A stretch of DNA of 64,000 nucleotides, taken from positions 543 through 64,542 of the forward strand of contig CAWBZK010000005.1 of the NCBI GenBank assembly GCA_963793255.1, given 5' to 3'. The stretch's first letter is position 1, and each line of letters begins with the position of its first letter. Source of the DNA: an uncultured Acidobacteriota bacterium. GTDB lineage: Bacteria > Acidobacteriota > Vicinamibacteria > Vicinamibacterales > SCN-69-37. The position numbers and the translations under genes were made by a program. Positions 9,109-20,021 of the stretch are shown here, in pieces. The notes beneath the pieces were generated by a model. That model saw nothing but the letters and a program-made list of their open reading frames with translations. It had not been told where the DNA came from and searched no databases.

Positions 9109-9909
9109 GTGGACCTGAACCTGCTGGTTATTTGCGCGCTCACGTTTGTCATCCACCTCGTCGGCACGCTGGCGTACTCGGTGCGAATTGCGGGGACTCG
9201 AACGCGCCGCATCGCACTGTCACTCTCGCTTTTCAATGTCCTGATTCTCGTCTCGCGCACGTCCAATTCGTTTCAGGCCCCGCTCCTGGCTAAGCGCGTG
9301 GAATCGCAATTGCTCGTTGACTCGACCGCCAGCACAATGGACTTCCGGGTGTTGCTGCTCTCAGCGACGCTCGCGACCATTGTCGGCGCGCTCCTGATCC
9401 CGACATTTCAGCGCGTGCTCGCGCGATGGGTCACGGCCATCGGCCAGAGGCGATCGATCTGGGCGATGGTCCGTCGCGCGCCCGCGCCGGTGTGGCTCGC
9501 GCACGTTCGTGAGTCGGTGGTCATGCCGCGTTGGCAGAACATCCGTCGAGCCGGCGCGACGCCTCACGTGTCCTGGAGCGTCATCGCGTTGAATGCCATC
9601 GCGATGGCCGTGTGGTCGGTCGGCGTGTTCGCGGCTTTGTACGCCGGCTATCTGCGTCCGGACCTGAGACTGACGGCCAGCCAGTTGTCGTCAGTCGTCA
9701 ACGGCGTTGCAACGATTCTGATGTTTGCCTTTATCGATCCGTATCTGTCGCTCATGACCGATGAAGTCGCTGAGGGCACCGTCGCTGAGGCTCAGTTCCG
9801 GCGATCGATTGTGTGGCTGACAGGCAGTCGCGTGGCCGGCACCCTGCTGGCGCAGATCATCCTGGTGCCGGCGTCGCTATGGATTGTGGCCGTTGCAGAC
9901 TGGCTCTAG
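9109..9909 (+). CDS. amj: polytopic membrane protein, DUF2837 / lipid II flippase Amj-like
   Basis: Uninterrupted 266-aa ORF with GTG start. The N-terminus LLVICALTFVIHLVGTLAYSVRIAGTRTRRIALSLSLFNVLILVSRTSNSFQAPLLAKRVE matches my recollection of the Amj/DUF2837 family. Several further TM helices follow. The symbol is tentative. Confidence 0.55.
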   Translation: MDLNLLVICALTFVIHLVGTLAYSVRIAGTRTRRIALSLSLFNVLILVSRTSNSFQAPLLAKRVESQLLVDSTASTMDFRVLLLSATLATIVGALLIPTFQRVLARWVTAIGQRRSIWAMVRRAPAPVWLAHVRESVVMPRWQNIRRAGATPHVSWSVIALNAIAMAVWSVGVFAALYAGYLRPDLRLTASQLSSVVNGVATILMFAFIDPYLSLMTDEVAEGTVAEAQFRRSIVWLTGSRVAGTLLAQIILVPASLWIVAVADWL

Positions 9910-9984
9910 AAGGCGTGCTGCGATCCCTCGAGGCTGTGGCGCGGCTGTCGCCGGTGACCGCCAGTGTCGGTCCTTCACGTCGGA

Positions 9985-11440
9985 TCAATCGCGAATACTC
10001 CGACCGAGTGCGCCTCGGAGCTTGTCGGCCATCGAGCCGAGACTCTGTTGCGACTGGGCGTCTCGCTCGCGCTCGGTGTACTGGCGCACCTCCGCCGCTT
10101 CCTCGGCGGCCGCAATGGCCTTCACGCTCAACCGAATCCTGCGGCCTGCCGGATCGGCTTCGAGAATGACGACCTCGAGGTCGCTGCCGACTGGAAAGGC
10201 TTTGCGAATGTCCTGCTCGGGACCGACACCGGTCTCGCTCAGGGGCAGAAGTCCGGTCACGCCTGGCGCGAGAAACACGAACACACCGAACTTCTCGTGG
10301 CGCTCGACCTTGCCGGTGAAACGCGCACCGGGGACAATCGCGGATCTCGACGAGGTCGCGGTGCTCGCACGCGATGAACCCTCCTCCACCATCGCGACGC
10401 CGATCCGCTTCTTCTCCGGATCCACATTGAGAACTTCGAACGCACCGGTCATCCCCACCGCGATCGACCGGGACCAGCCGCCAGACTTGCCGGTCGGAGG
10501 GAACGTGGACGCATGCGCCAGCGCTTCGATCCCCGGCTCCAGCTCGACGAATGCGCCGAATTCTGCGATGCGCGTGACTCGGCCTTCGCGAACCTGGCCG
10601 ATCTCGTAGTTCGTCTGGACCGAAGACCACGGATCGGCCGTGAGCTGCTTCAGCCCAAGCGCGATCTGCTGCGTGTTCTCGTCGACGCGAAGCACCTTGA
10701 CCGTGATCTCCTGGCCCGGTGCGGCCACCTGCGACGGATCCGCCACGCGTGACCATCCCATTTCGGAGACGTGCAAGAGTCCCTGCACGCCGCCGCCAAG
10801 GTCCACGAACGCGCCGAAGTCCCGCACCGAGACGACGCGGCCGGTCATCACGGCGCCGGCCGTGATCTGCTGCCGGACTTCGGCCGCCCGCGCCTTCTGC
10901 TCCTGCCTCGAGCAGTGCACGGCGCGACACGACGAACTTCCGGCCGCCGTCCTGGTACTCGATGATCTTGAAGGTGTAGACGCGGCCGACATGCACGTCC
11001 GGATCGGCGTGGCGAATGATGTCGATCTGCGACATCGGGCAGAAGGCGCGCTGCCGGGCGATGCTCACCTCGTAGCCGGCCTTCACCGCGCGGTCGACCT
11101 TGCCTTCGACGGGAAGCCCCGATCGAAACGCATCCTCGAGCTGGCGGGCCGTGGCGGCCCCACGCTGCAGCTTGCGCGACAGCGTCAACCCGCCTGTCCC
11201 GCTCGAGGCCGACGTCAGCGTCGCCTGGACCTTGTCGCCAACACCGACCTGAAGCGCGCCATCCTCGTCTCGCAGCTCGTCCAGCGCGATCGTGGCCTCG
11301 CCCTTGGCGCCGACGTTGACGAACGCGACATCATCACCGATCGCGACGATGGTGCCCTCGACGGCCTGGCCGGGCGTGAGGCGCGTCGCCTTGACCGACG
11401 CCTCGAACATCGCCGCAAAATCTTCCTCGTTCTCGCTCAC
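9985..11440 (-). CDS. S1 RNA-binding domain protein (ribosomal protein S1-like), one frameshift
   Basis: GTG start at 11440 (VSENEEDFAAMFE). Repeated S1 OB-fold signatures include GQAVEGTIVAIGDDVAFVNVG, GAVMTGRVVSVRDFGAFVDLGGGVQGLLHVSEM, GQVREGRVTRIAEFGAFVELEPGIEALAHAS and GARFTGKVERHEKFGVFVFLAPGVTGLLPLSE. The frame is restored by removing one C of the CC at 10906-10907. Confidence 0.8.
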
Positions 11441-11508
11441 AGTGTGTGACCTCGAGTCACAGGTTAGCACTCGAACTTCGTCCGCTCGGGTCCACGTATC
11501 CTTGCACC

Positions 11509-13981
11509 ATGCAGGCCCTTATCCAGGACGTCCGGTACGCCTTCCGGCTGCTCGCCAAGGATCGGAGTTTCACCATCACCGCGGTCCTGACGCTGGCGAT
11601 CTGCATCGGCGCCAATACCGCGATGTTCGGCCTGATCCGGTCGGTGCTGCTCAAGCCGCTCCCCTTCCCCGGGTCCGAGCGGATCGTCTATCTGTTCAAC
11701 AGCTATCCAAATGCGGGCGCTCCGCGCGTCGGCGCGGCCGTGCCCGATCTCTTCGATCGTCTCGCCTCGGTGCCGGCCATGGACGTTCAGGCGCTGTTCC
11801 AGACGGGGACGCAGACCTATGGCGACGACAGCAGCGCGTCGCAGCTGAATTCGCTGCGCGGCACGCCGTCGTTCTTTCGCCTGGTGCAGGTTCAGCCCGT
11901 GCGCGGCCGTCTCTTCACGGACGCGGAAGGCGAGCCCGGCCAGGATCGGAAGGTTCTGCTGAGTCATGGCCTGTGGCAGCGCACCTTCGGCGGCAGGGAC
12001 ACCGTTGTCGGCACCTCGATTCGTTTGAACGGACAGCCCCACGAAGTCGTGGGGGTGCTGCCCCAGGGCTTCACGTTCCTCCAGAATGATCTCGACGTCT
12101 TCCTGCCGGCGGCGTTCCAGCCGCAGGCCAAGTCCGACAACGCGCGCCACAGCAACAACTGGCAGATGGTCGGCCGCCTCAAGGACGGCGCGACGCTCGA
12201 TCAGGTGCGCCAGCAGGTCGCCGCGCTGAACGCGCGGAACGACGAACGGTTCCCGCAGTTCCGGCAGATTCTCAAAGACGCGCACTTCCAGACGATCTCC
12301 GTGATGCTGCAGGACGACGTCGTGCGCGACGTCAAGACGTCGCTGTACCTGCTGTGGGGCGGCGTGTCTTCGTGCTGCTCATCGGCGTCGCCAACATCGC
12401 GAATCTGATCATCGTCCGATCCAGCGGCCGCCGGCGGGAGCTGGCGACGCGCCACGCGATTGGCGGCGACCTGGGCCGCCTCGCCCGCCAGCTCGTGACC
12501 GAGACGACGGTGCTTTCGATCACGGGCGGCGCCTTCGGCGTGCTGATCGGCTGGTGGACCCTGCGGTCGATGGCGAAGCTCAACCTCGCGATCGCTGCCG
12601 CGCGGGTACGAGATCGGGCTCGACTGGATCGCGCGTCGCCTACATCGTGGCGATCACGCTCGCGGTCGGCATCTGTCTCGGCGTGGCGCCCGCCCTTCGG
12701 CTGCGCCGAATGAACCTCAACCTCGAGCTCCGCGAGGAGAGTCGCGGCGGCACCTCGAGCCGGCGCGCGAACCTCATTCGGCGCGGGCTGGCCGTCGTGC
12801 AGGTGGCCGTCGCGCTCGCGCTGCTCGTCGGCGCCGGCCTGCTGTTCGCGAGTTTCCGGGCCGTGCTGCGGCTCGACCTCGGCTTCGATCCCGCAGAACG
12901 TCATGACGGCGGCCGTGGCGCTCCCGGGCTCGCAGTTCCCGGATCCTGCCGTCGCTCGTGACGTTCGAGCAACGCGCGCTCCAGGCGATTCGCGCGCTGC
13001 CTGACGTCGAAGCGGCCGGCACGACGTCGGCCGTGCCCTTCTCCGGCGCGCATCAACAACAACGTGATCATGGCCGAGGGGTACGTGATGAAGCCAGGCG
13101 AGAGCTTGCTGGCGCCGTCGAGCGTCAACGTCAACCCGGGCTACTTCGAGGCCCTGCACGTCGCAGCTCGTCCGCGGCCGCTTGATCGACGCGCGCGACA
13201 CGCAGAAGTCGCCGCCGACCGTGATGATCGACGACCGGCTGGCCCGGAAGTTCTGGCCGGATCAGGATCCGATCGGCCGCCGGCTGTATCTTCCAAGCGA
13301 TCCCGCAGACATCACGAAGATCACGGAGAAGACGACGTTCCTGACGATCGTCGGGGTGATCCGGGAAATTCGGATGCTCGACCCGCGGCCCGACGTGACC
13401 CCGGTCGGCACCGTGTATTTTCCCGTGGGAGCAGAATCCCGGCCGCGGCCCGACGATCGTGGTCAAGACGCGCCGCGACGCGCCCGCGATCCTCAGCAGC
13501 ATCCGGCGCGAGATCGCGGCAATCAATCCGCAGGTGCCGGTGTTCCGCGAGCGGACGATGCAGGAGTGGATCGATCGGCAGCTCATCGGCCGCCGGCTTC
13601 CGATGTTCGTCGCGCTGGCCTTCGGCGTCGTCGCGCTGTTGCTCGCGGCCATCGGGATGTACGGCGTGCTCGCCTACAGCGTCAACGAGCGCCGCCGCGA
13701 GCTGGGCGTGCGCATGGCCCTCGGCGGGTCGTCAGGCAAGCGTCTTCGGCCTGGTGCTCCGCGATGGCGCTCGCGTGATCGCTGCCGGGCTGGCGCTCGG
13801 CCTGATCGGGTCCTACTGGGTCGGTCGTGCGGTGCAGAGCCAGCTCGTCGACGTCGCGCCGCTGAACCCGCTCGTGTTTCTGTCCGTCGCGGCGCTCCTG
13901 TCGGTCGTCGGAATGACCGCGTGTCTCATTCCCGCCTGGCGCGCGAGCCGGATCAACCCGGTCGTCGTGCTCGCGCGCTAG
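11509..13981 (+). CDS. ADOP-family MacB/FtsX-like permease (acidobacterial duplicated orphan permease), heavily frameshifted
   Basis: Typical ADOP N-terminus [54 protein letters not shown]. There are two FtsX-type 4-helix modules (…[12 protein letters not shown]…; …[13 protein letters not shown]…) and the C-terminus [18 protein letters not shown]-stop. About eight frame changes were stitched from ORFs 11446-, 12354-, 12554-, 12958-, 13064-, 13182- and 13459-. Confidence 0.8.
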
Positions 13982-14081
13982 ATCCGATCGGTCGGACGCG
14001 TCGCTCAGCCTAGCGCTGGCCGTTTACGCCGTTCGTCCCGAATTACCTCTGAAGTAAGCTCGCCGCGGCCGTTTCACTCTC

Positions 14082-15587
14082 TTGCGGCGCAGAATCCGCT
14101 GGCATCACTGTTGCGCGCGTCGGTGCGTGCCTTCCCGTCGCGCTCCCCACGGCGTCGTCTGGATCTTCGTGATCCTGTCGACGATGGCGGCCGGGTACGG
14201 GGCGCTGCGTCTCACGACCGCACGCGCATCGCCGCACAAGACGCCCCTCGCGTTCGAGGACGCCAGGCCGCTCGTCGATCGGTTTCGCGCGGACGGACTC
14301 CTGCCGCCTGCGCTGGCTGGCAAGACCAATGCTGATCTCGGCACAGTCTGGCCCGCGTGGGTCGCCTTTCGCGACGCCGAGATTCGCGCCAGGCTGCACC
14401 GCGGCGATGAGGATTCCGTTGTCCACCTCTGGCTCTTCGGCACCTCGTTCACGGCGCGGCCACGCGCGACCACTCCCATGCTGACGGCGATGGGCCCCGA
14501 CGCCCGCGCAGCGTTGCTGCAGGGCCGGCTCGAGGACCTCGTGGCGGGAATGCGCGCACCGGGCGGAAACGACCGTCTCGTCGTGGCGCGACGAGTGCTG
14601 GAACGTTCTGGAATCGACGTGATGGCACCCGCCGGCCGCGTCGATGCGGCGCGGCACCTCGAGGCGCTGCGCGAGCGCATGCTGCGCGAGTTGAGCCAGT
14701 TCCGGCACGACACGGTGTCGGCGAGGGAAATGGGCGACACCAAGGCGGCGTTCGGTGCCTACCTGACGTACTACCAAGGTCGCGGCCTCTCGTCGGACTC
14801 GTCCATGCTCGCCACGTACTCGGTCGAACGCGCGTTGGAGGACGCGCGTGCCTCGCGCACGCAAGCCGCGGGCAGCATCCGGCGCGTCGCGATCGTCGGC
14901 CCAGGCCTCGACTTCGTGGACAAGGCCGAAGGCCACGATTTCTATCCGCCGCAGACGCTGCAGCCGTTTGCCCTGGTCGATTCGCTCGTCCGTGTCGGTC
15001 TGGCTCATCCCGACGGCGTGGACGTGACGACCTTCGACATCAGCCCGCGCGTCGTCGATCACCTGACCGACGCACGCGCCCGCACTGAGCGTGGCGAGCC
15101 GTACGTCGTGCACGTCGCGCTCGATCCCGATGACGCCACGCATGCCTGGCATCCTGATGTCGTTCGCTACTGGCAGCGTTTCGGTGACCGGATCGGCACG
15201 GAGGTCGCGCCGCTGCCGCTGCCGCCGAGCATGGAAGACGTCCGCGTGCGTGCCGTTCGCATCCGGCCCGATCTGGTCCGATCCGTCCGCTCGCTTGACC
15301 TGAACATCATCCTCGAGCGCGTCCCGATTGCCGAAAGTGAGCCGGGGTTCGATCTGATCGTCGCCACGAACATCCTCGTCTACTACCAGCCGTTCGAGCA
15401 GGCGCTGGCGCTCGCCAACATCGCCGCGATGCTGCGCCCCGGCGGCCTGTTCCTGTCCAACGGGCTGGACCTGCCGCTGCCGTCATCCGGCCTGTCTTCC
15501 CCTTCGATCGTGGATGTCGTCTTCGACCAACAGCAAGGTGGCGACACACTGCACTGGTTCCGGCGGCTTTCTTCTGCGTCGCGATAG
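14082..15587 (+). CDS. class I SAM-dependent methyltransferase-like protein with long N-terminal helical region
   Basis: Uninterrupted 501-aa ORF. The C-terminal half carries Rossmann-type motifs (RVAIVGPGLDF ... DLIVATNILVYY ... LRPGGLFLSN). One N-terminal hydrophobic helix is present (VVWIFVILSTMAAGYGAL). The start codon is uncertain. Confidence 0.5.
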   Translation: MRRRIRWHHCCARRCVPSRRAPHGVVWIFVILSTMAAGYGALRLTTARASPHKTPLAFEDARPLVDRFRADGLLPPALAGKTNADLGTVWPAWVAFRDAEIRARLHRGDEDSVVHLWLFGTSFTARPRATTPMLTAMGPDARAALLQGRLEDLVAGMRAPGGNDRLVVARRVLERSGIDVMAPAGRVDAARHLEALRERMLRELSQFRHDTVSAREMGDTKAAFGAYLTYYQGRGLSSDSSMLATYSVERALEDARASRTQAAGSIRRVAIVGPGLDFVDKAEGHDFYPPQTLQPFALVDSLVRVGLAHPDGVDVTTFDISPRVVDHLTDARARTERGEPYVVHVALDPDDATHAWHPDVVRYWQRFGDRIGTEVAPLPLPPSMEDVRVRAVRIRPDLVRSVRSLDLNIILERVPIAESEPGFDLIVATNILVYYQPFEQALALANIAAMLRPGGLFLSNGLDLPLPSSGLSSPSIVDVVFDQQQGGDTLHWFRRLSSASR

Positions 15588-15631
15588 GCCACCGGGCTGT
15601 TATAGTCGCCGGTGCAATCGCAGGAGGCCCC

Positions 15632-16583
15632 ATGCCGATGCATCGTCGCGACTTTCTCAAGCACAGCTCCATCGCCCTTGCGACTCCGCTGTTCGCGAGC
15701 GCCCTGCCTACGAGGGCTCTGGCGGCGTCCATGCAGGCCCGCTCCCTCGAACGGGTCGGAATTGCCACGTGGAGTTTCCGGCACCTCATCGCCGCGGGCC
15801 AGCGAATCCGAAGATGCCTCCAGCGGAGCGTGCCGTCATGACGGCGCTCGACGCGCCGAAGTTCGTCCGCGAGGAGCTCGGGCTGACCCAGCTCGAGATC
15901 ATCATCAACCACCTCGACGAGCGAACCGCCGCGTACGCCGAGCGCGTCCGCGCCGCGGCGGACAAGGCCGGCGTGAAGTTCATGAACCTGCAGCTCGGCG
16001 GTCAAATGTCCGCTTCGGATCCTGCCGTGCGCGCGAAGTCCATCGCCGAGATCAAGGACGGCATGCGGATCGCGGCAGCGCTCGGCGCGCCGTCGGTTCG
16101 CGCCGACGTGGGCGGCAAGGCGGGAGAACCTCTGGATCTGGCGATTACCTCGGCTTCTTACAAGGAGCTCGCCGACTTCGGAGCGACGATTGGCGTGATG
16201 CCGATGCCCGAGAATCACGGCGGGCACAGCTCCGATCCGGACACGCTCGTGTCGATCATGCGCGCGCTCGATCCGCGCGTCCGCGCCATCGTCGATTGGG
16301 GAAATCTCCGCGTCGAGAATCAGACGCAGCGGATCGAGGGCACCCGCAAGCTGCTGCCGTACACCGGCCTCGTGTCGGCGAAGGTCGATCGCTTCGACGC
16401 CGACTATCGTCCGGGCTACGACGTCAGCGAGCTCGTACGTCTGGTGGAGTCGAGCGGGTATCGGGGCAAGTACTCGATCGAGATCACGAATCCCCCCGCC
16501 GACATCGTGCGCGGAGCGATCACCGCCAGAGACATCATCGCCAAGAGCCTGGCGAGCTGGTCAAAAACAACGCGTCGGGATGA
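15632..16583 (+). CDS. Tat-signal xylose-isomerase-like TIM-barrel protein (sugar phosphate isomerase/epimerase family), frameshifted
   Basis: AGGAGG (15622-15627) precedes the ATG. The twin-arginine signal is MPMHRRDFLKHSSIALATPLFASALP. The body lies in the 15514 frame (…ENHGGHSSDPDTL…YRGKYSIEITNP…). Frame changes lie near 15795 and near the 3' end. Confidence 0.65.
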
Positions 16584-16623
16584 GTGTTACGAAGAACGCA
16601 AAACGCATCCCGACGCGTTGTTT
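16565..16623. terminator. palindromic hairpin element (copy 2) between convergent genes
   Basis: AAACAACGCGTCGGGATG (16565-16582) and CATCCCGACGCGTTGTTT (16606-16623) form a perfect 18-bp stem with a 23-nt loop. The element sits exactly between the stops at 16583 (+) and 16625 (-). Confidence 0.6.
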
Positions 16624-16624
16624 C

Positions 16625-18907
16625 TTACTTCTTCGGCAACGCGAACGCGATGTAGCCGCGCGGCGTGTCGGCCGCGGCGGCCGCCGTCGCGCCCCGGCCG
16701 CCACCTGACGGCTGCGCGGCGACGACGATGTACTGCGTGCCCTTCGCCTCGTAGATGACTGGCACGCCGCGCGACGGGCCCGGCAGCGTGCCGGTCCACA
16801 CGACCGCGCCGGTCTCCTCGTCGTAGGCCCGCATCTTCCCGTCATTCCCAGCCATGAACACGAGGCCGGCCTTGGTCGGCATGATGCCGTTGCGCAACAT
16901 CGGCGACCCGGTGTTGGTCGGCCCGCCGTTGGCGATGGTCGTCGGATCGTCGCCGACCGGCAGCTGCCACTTGATCGTGCCCTTGTTCAGGTCGTACGCG
17001 GTCAGCGTCGCGTACGGCGGCTTGGTGGCGTTCGCCATCACGCCCCACTCGCTGACGTACCGCGTCGGTGGCACGTCCACATCGGGCGGATACGCAGCGT
17101 TCCCGCCGTTGGCGCCGTTGCCCGGATACCGTGCGCCCGCTGGCGGAGCGGCGCCGCGACCCGGCTGCGGCGGCGTCGGCGCGCCGCCGGACGCCACGAC
17201 CGGTCCGGCCGGGAACGCCCCCGCCGGCCCGCCGCCGCGGCCGAAGCCGCCGCCGCGGCCCCCGCCGGATTGTGTCGCGAGATAGCCGAGAATCGCGGTC
17301 AGCTCGATGTTGTTGATGCTCGGCACCGGCCGCATGCTGTTGTACCCGTTCATCACGGTCGCCGCGATGACGTCCTCACTCAATCGCTGGGTCGCTTCGA
17401 TGACGTTGGCCGCGTCATCGATCGGTTTGCGCGGGTCCTCGCCGTGGCACTCCGCGCAGAACTGCAACGTACGCCGCGCGTCCATCCACTTCCGATGGTC
17501 CCATCTGCACGCCGCCGACCTTGCTGTGGACGTCGTCGAGCTTCAGGATCGCCACGGCGTCGATGTTGAGCACGTAGACGATGCCCTTGGATGGATTGGC
17601 CGCGGTCGTGCCCCAGTTCGATCCGCCCTGATTGCCTGGCATGGACACCGTCTCTCGCAACGCCGGCGGCGTGAACAGTCCCTCGTTGCGCATCTTCGGA
17701 AACGCGCTGCTTCCAGTCGGCCAACTGCTCCTTCGTGAGGAGCCACGGATTGATGTCGTCGACGTGAACGTCTGACGCCCGAAGGGCGGCACGACGGTCG
17801 GAAACGGCTGCGTCGGCCAGGACTGCTCACCCGGGATGTCGGTCTGCGGCACCGGCCGCTCTTCAATCGGCCAGATGGGCGCGCCGGTGACGCGGTTGAA
17901 GACATAAAGGAAGCCGGTCTTGCCAGCCATCGCGACGATGTCGATGTTCCGCCCGTCTTTGCGGATCGTCGCAAGCTGCGGCGCCGAGACGTTGTCCCAG
18001 TCCCACAGGTCGTGATGAATGTTCTGGAAGTGCCAGAGACGCTTGCCGGTCTTCGCGTCGAGCGCGAGCAGGCAGTTGGCGAACAGGTTCGCACCGTGGC
18101 GATCGCCGCCGTAGAAGTCGTAGGTGCCTGAGCCGGTCGGCAAGTAGACGATGCCGCGCTCGTCATCGACGGTCAGCTCGCCCCAGGTGTTGGCGCCGCC
18201 GACGTATTTCCAGGCATCTTTGGGCCACGTCTCGTAGCCGAACTCGCCGGGACGCGGAATCGTGTGGAACTGCCAGGCCAGCTTGCCGGTGACCACGTCG
18301 AACGCGCGAATATCGCCCGGCGGCGACATCCACCCTTCGCCCGGCGCATTGCCGAGAATGAGCAGGTTCTTCCAGACCTTGCCGGGGTTCGGCACGCGAA
18401 TGCCGTTCTCGCCGCGCAGCATGCCCTCGCGCAGGTCGACGAAGCCATTCGACCCGAAGGTCATGATCGACTTGCCGGTCTTCGCGTCGATGGCCTGGAG
18501 GAACGGTCCGGTCGGTCAGCAGCAGGCGCTTCTCTCTGCCGTCTTCGCTCTGCCAGTAGTTGATGCCGCGCGCCGACAGACTGCAGGTTCTCGTGGATCC
18601 AGATTTCCTTGCCGGTGGTCGGATCGAGCGCGATCAGCGAGTTGTTGCGGCCCGACACGAACATCATGTCGTCGACGACGATCGGGTTGAACCCGATGTT
18701 GCCGTGCGGATAGAACCAGGCGACCTCCAACTGCTTCACGTTGGACTTGTTGACCTGGTCGAGGTCGACGAAGTGCGAGCCCGAGGGTCCCCCGCCATGG
18801 TCCCACCACCACTTCTGACTCCGGGCTGCCGTCAGGACACCCGAGGTGACCGCAAGGGTCAGCACTGCGGCGATAGAGATAAAGGTCAGGCGGGAGGAAA
18901 TCTTCAT
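16625..18907 (-). CDS. PQQ-dependent dehydrogenase beta-propeller with embedded cytochrome c domain (quinohaemoprotein), frameshifted
   Basis: Signal peptide MKISSRLTFISIAAVLTLAVTSGVLTAA. Propeller motifs include WWWDHGGGPSGSHF, NTWGELTVDDERGIVYLPTGSGTYDFYGG, HHDLWDWD and AMAGKTGFLYVFNRVTG. A haem motif (FCAECHG) is followed by the last blades (TLTAYDLNKGTIKWQLPVG … KMRAYDEETGAVVW). At least five frame changes were found (about 18572, 18500, 17765, 17703, 17480). Confidence 0.75.
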
Positions 18908-19045
18908 AGGGACTCCGTCAATCGTCGTCGCGACTGCGACACGCAAGGGTACCAGATGTCCTGAGGCGCTGATTCCCGCGCTTGGACCAAAGAAAAGGGC
19001 GCCACTCTGGCGCCCTTCGCTCTTCCGAATGCCGGAACGTCAAAC

Positions 19046-19987
19046 CTACATGTTGGCCAACACCCCATCAATGATCTTCTGAGTGTTCTCGGCCGGATCG
19101 CCCGGCAGACCGCTGGCCTTGATCGAGTAGAGCCCCTTGTATCCCTGTTCGCGGCAGATCTTCATGGCCGGGGGCAAGTCGTGCCGCATGCCGGCGTGCA
19201 CGAGGCCGCTGTTGATCGGCAGCATGTCGCGAATCCCCGCCAACTGTTCTTCCTGATTGGGGAAATTGAGGAAGTCGACACAGCTCGAGGTGCCGGATGC
19301 TTTCAGAATTTCCGTGAGGATGATGTAGGACGGCGCGGCTGGAGCTTCGGGTGTCGGAGGCGGTGGCTGTGCGGGCTGACCGGGCGCAGCCGGTCCAGCC
19401 GCGCGTCCCCGTCCGCCACCGGCATTTCGATTCTCGCTTGCCGCCGTGATGCCCTTGGCCTTCGCGAGCGCGACGACGGCCTGGTAGTTCGCGGTGATCT
19501 GCGCCTTGTTCTCCTGCGTGGGCTGGCCCTGATTGAGCAGCACACGAGGGGACCCAAGGAACGCGGCCTTGTCGAGCCACGACCGATGGAGGTCGATCAT
19601 CTGCAGCCGTCCCGAGGGCGAATCCGCACCCATGTTGTATCCGGCGCCAAACTCGAGATTGATCTGGACGACCTTCGTGTTCGTCTTGTCCAGCCGGGAC
19701 TTGAAGTCCTTCAGCCACGACATCTCCGTCGACGGGAAGTAGTTGCTCTGCAGCTCGATGTTGTGGACCTTGAAGCGGTCCGCGCAGAACTGCCCGAATT
19801 CCATGAGCTCGAGAGTTCGCTCCGGAGCCGCCGGCATGTTGGTTTTCACGATGTTGTTCAGGCCAAACATCATGATCGCGATACGCGAGAGCTTGTCGCC
19901 CGACGGCGCTTGCGCTCGTCCCCGGCGAACCGCCGTCAAGCTCGTCGCAGCCACAGCACCCATCATCAGAAAATCTCGACGCTTCAT
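19046..19987 (-). CDS. Tat-signal TIM-barrel protein (xylose-isomerase-like / AP-endonuclease-2 family)
   Basis: Uninterrupted. The likely start is MKRRDFLMMGAVAATSLTAV (twin-arginine). It is related to the 15632 gene (…GYKGLYSIKASG versus YRGKYSIEITN). It contains a Gly/Arg/Pro-rich insert, NAGGGRGRAAGPAAPGQPAQPPPPTPEAPAAP. Confidence 0.65.
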   Translation of the reverse strand: MKRRDFLMMGAVAATSLTAVRRGRAQAPSGDKLSRIAIMMFGLNNIVKTNMPAAPERTLELMEFGQFCADRFKVHNIELQSNYFPSTEMSWLKDFKSRLDKTNTKVVQINLEFGAGYNMGADSPSGRLQMIDLHRSWLDKAAFLGSPRVLLNQGQPTQENKAQITANYQAVVALAKAKGITAASENRNAGGGRGRAAGPAAPGQPAQPPPPTPEAPAAPSYIILTEILKASGTSSCVDFLNFPNQEEQLAGIRDMLPINSGLVHAGMRHDLPPAMKICREQGYKGLYSIKASGLPGDPAENTQKIIDGVLANM

Positions 19988-20021
19988 GTCACGCACCTCT
20001 ATGTCGCCGGGGTCCGACACG

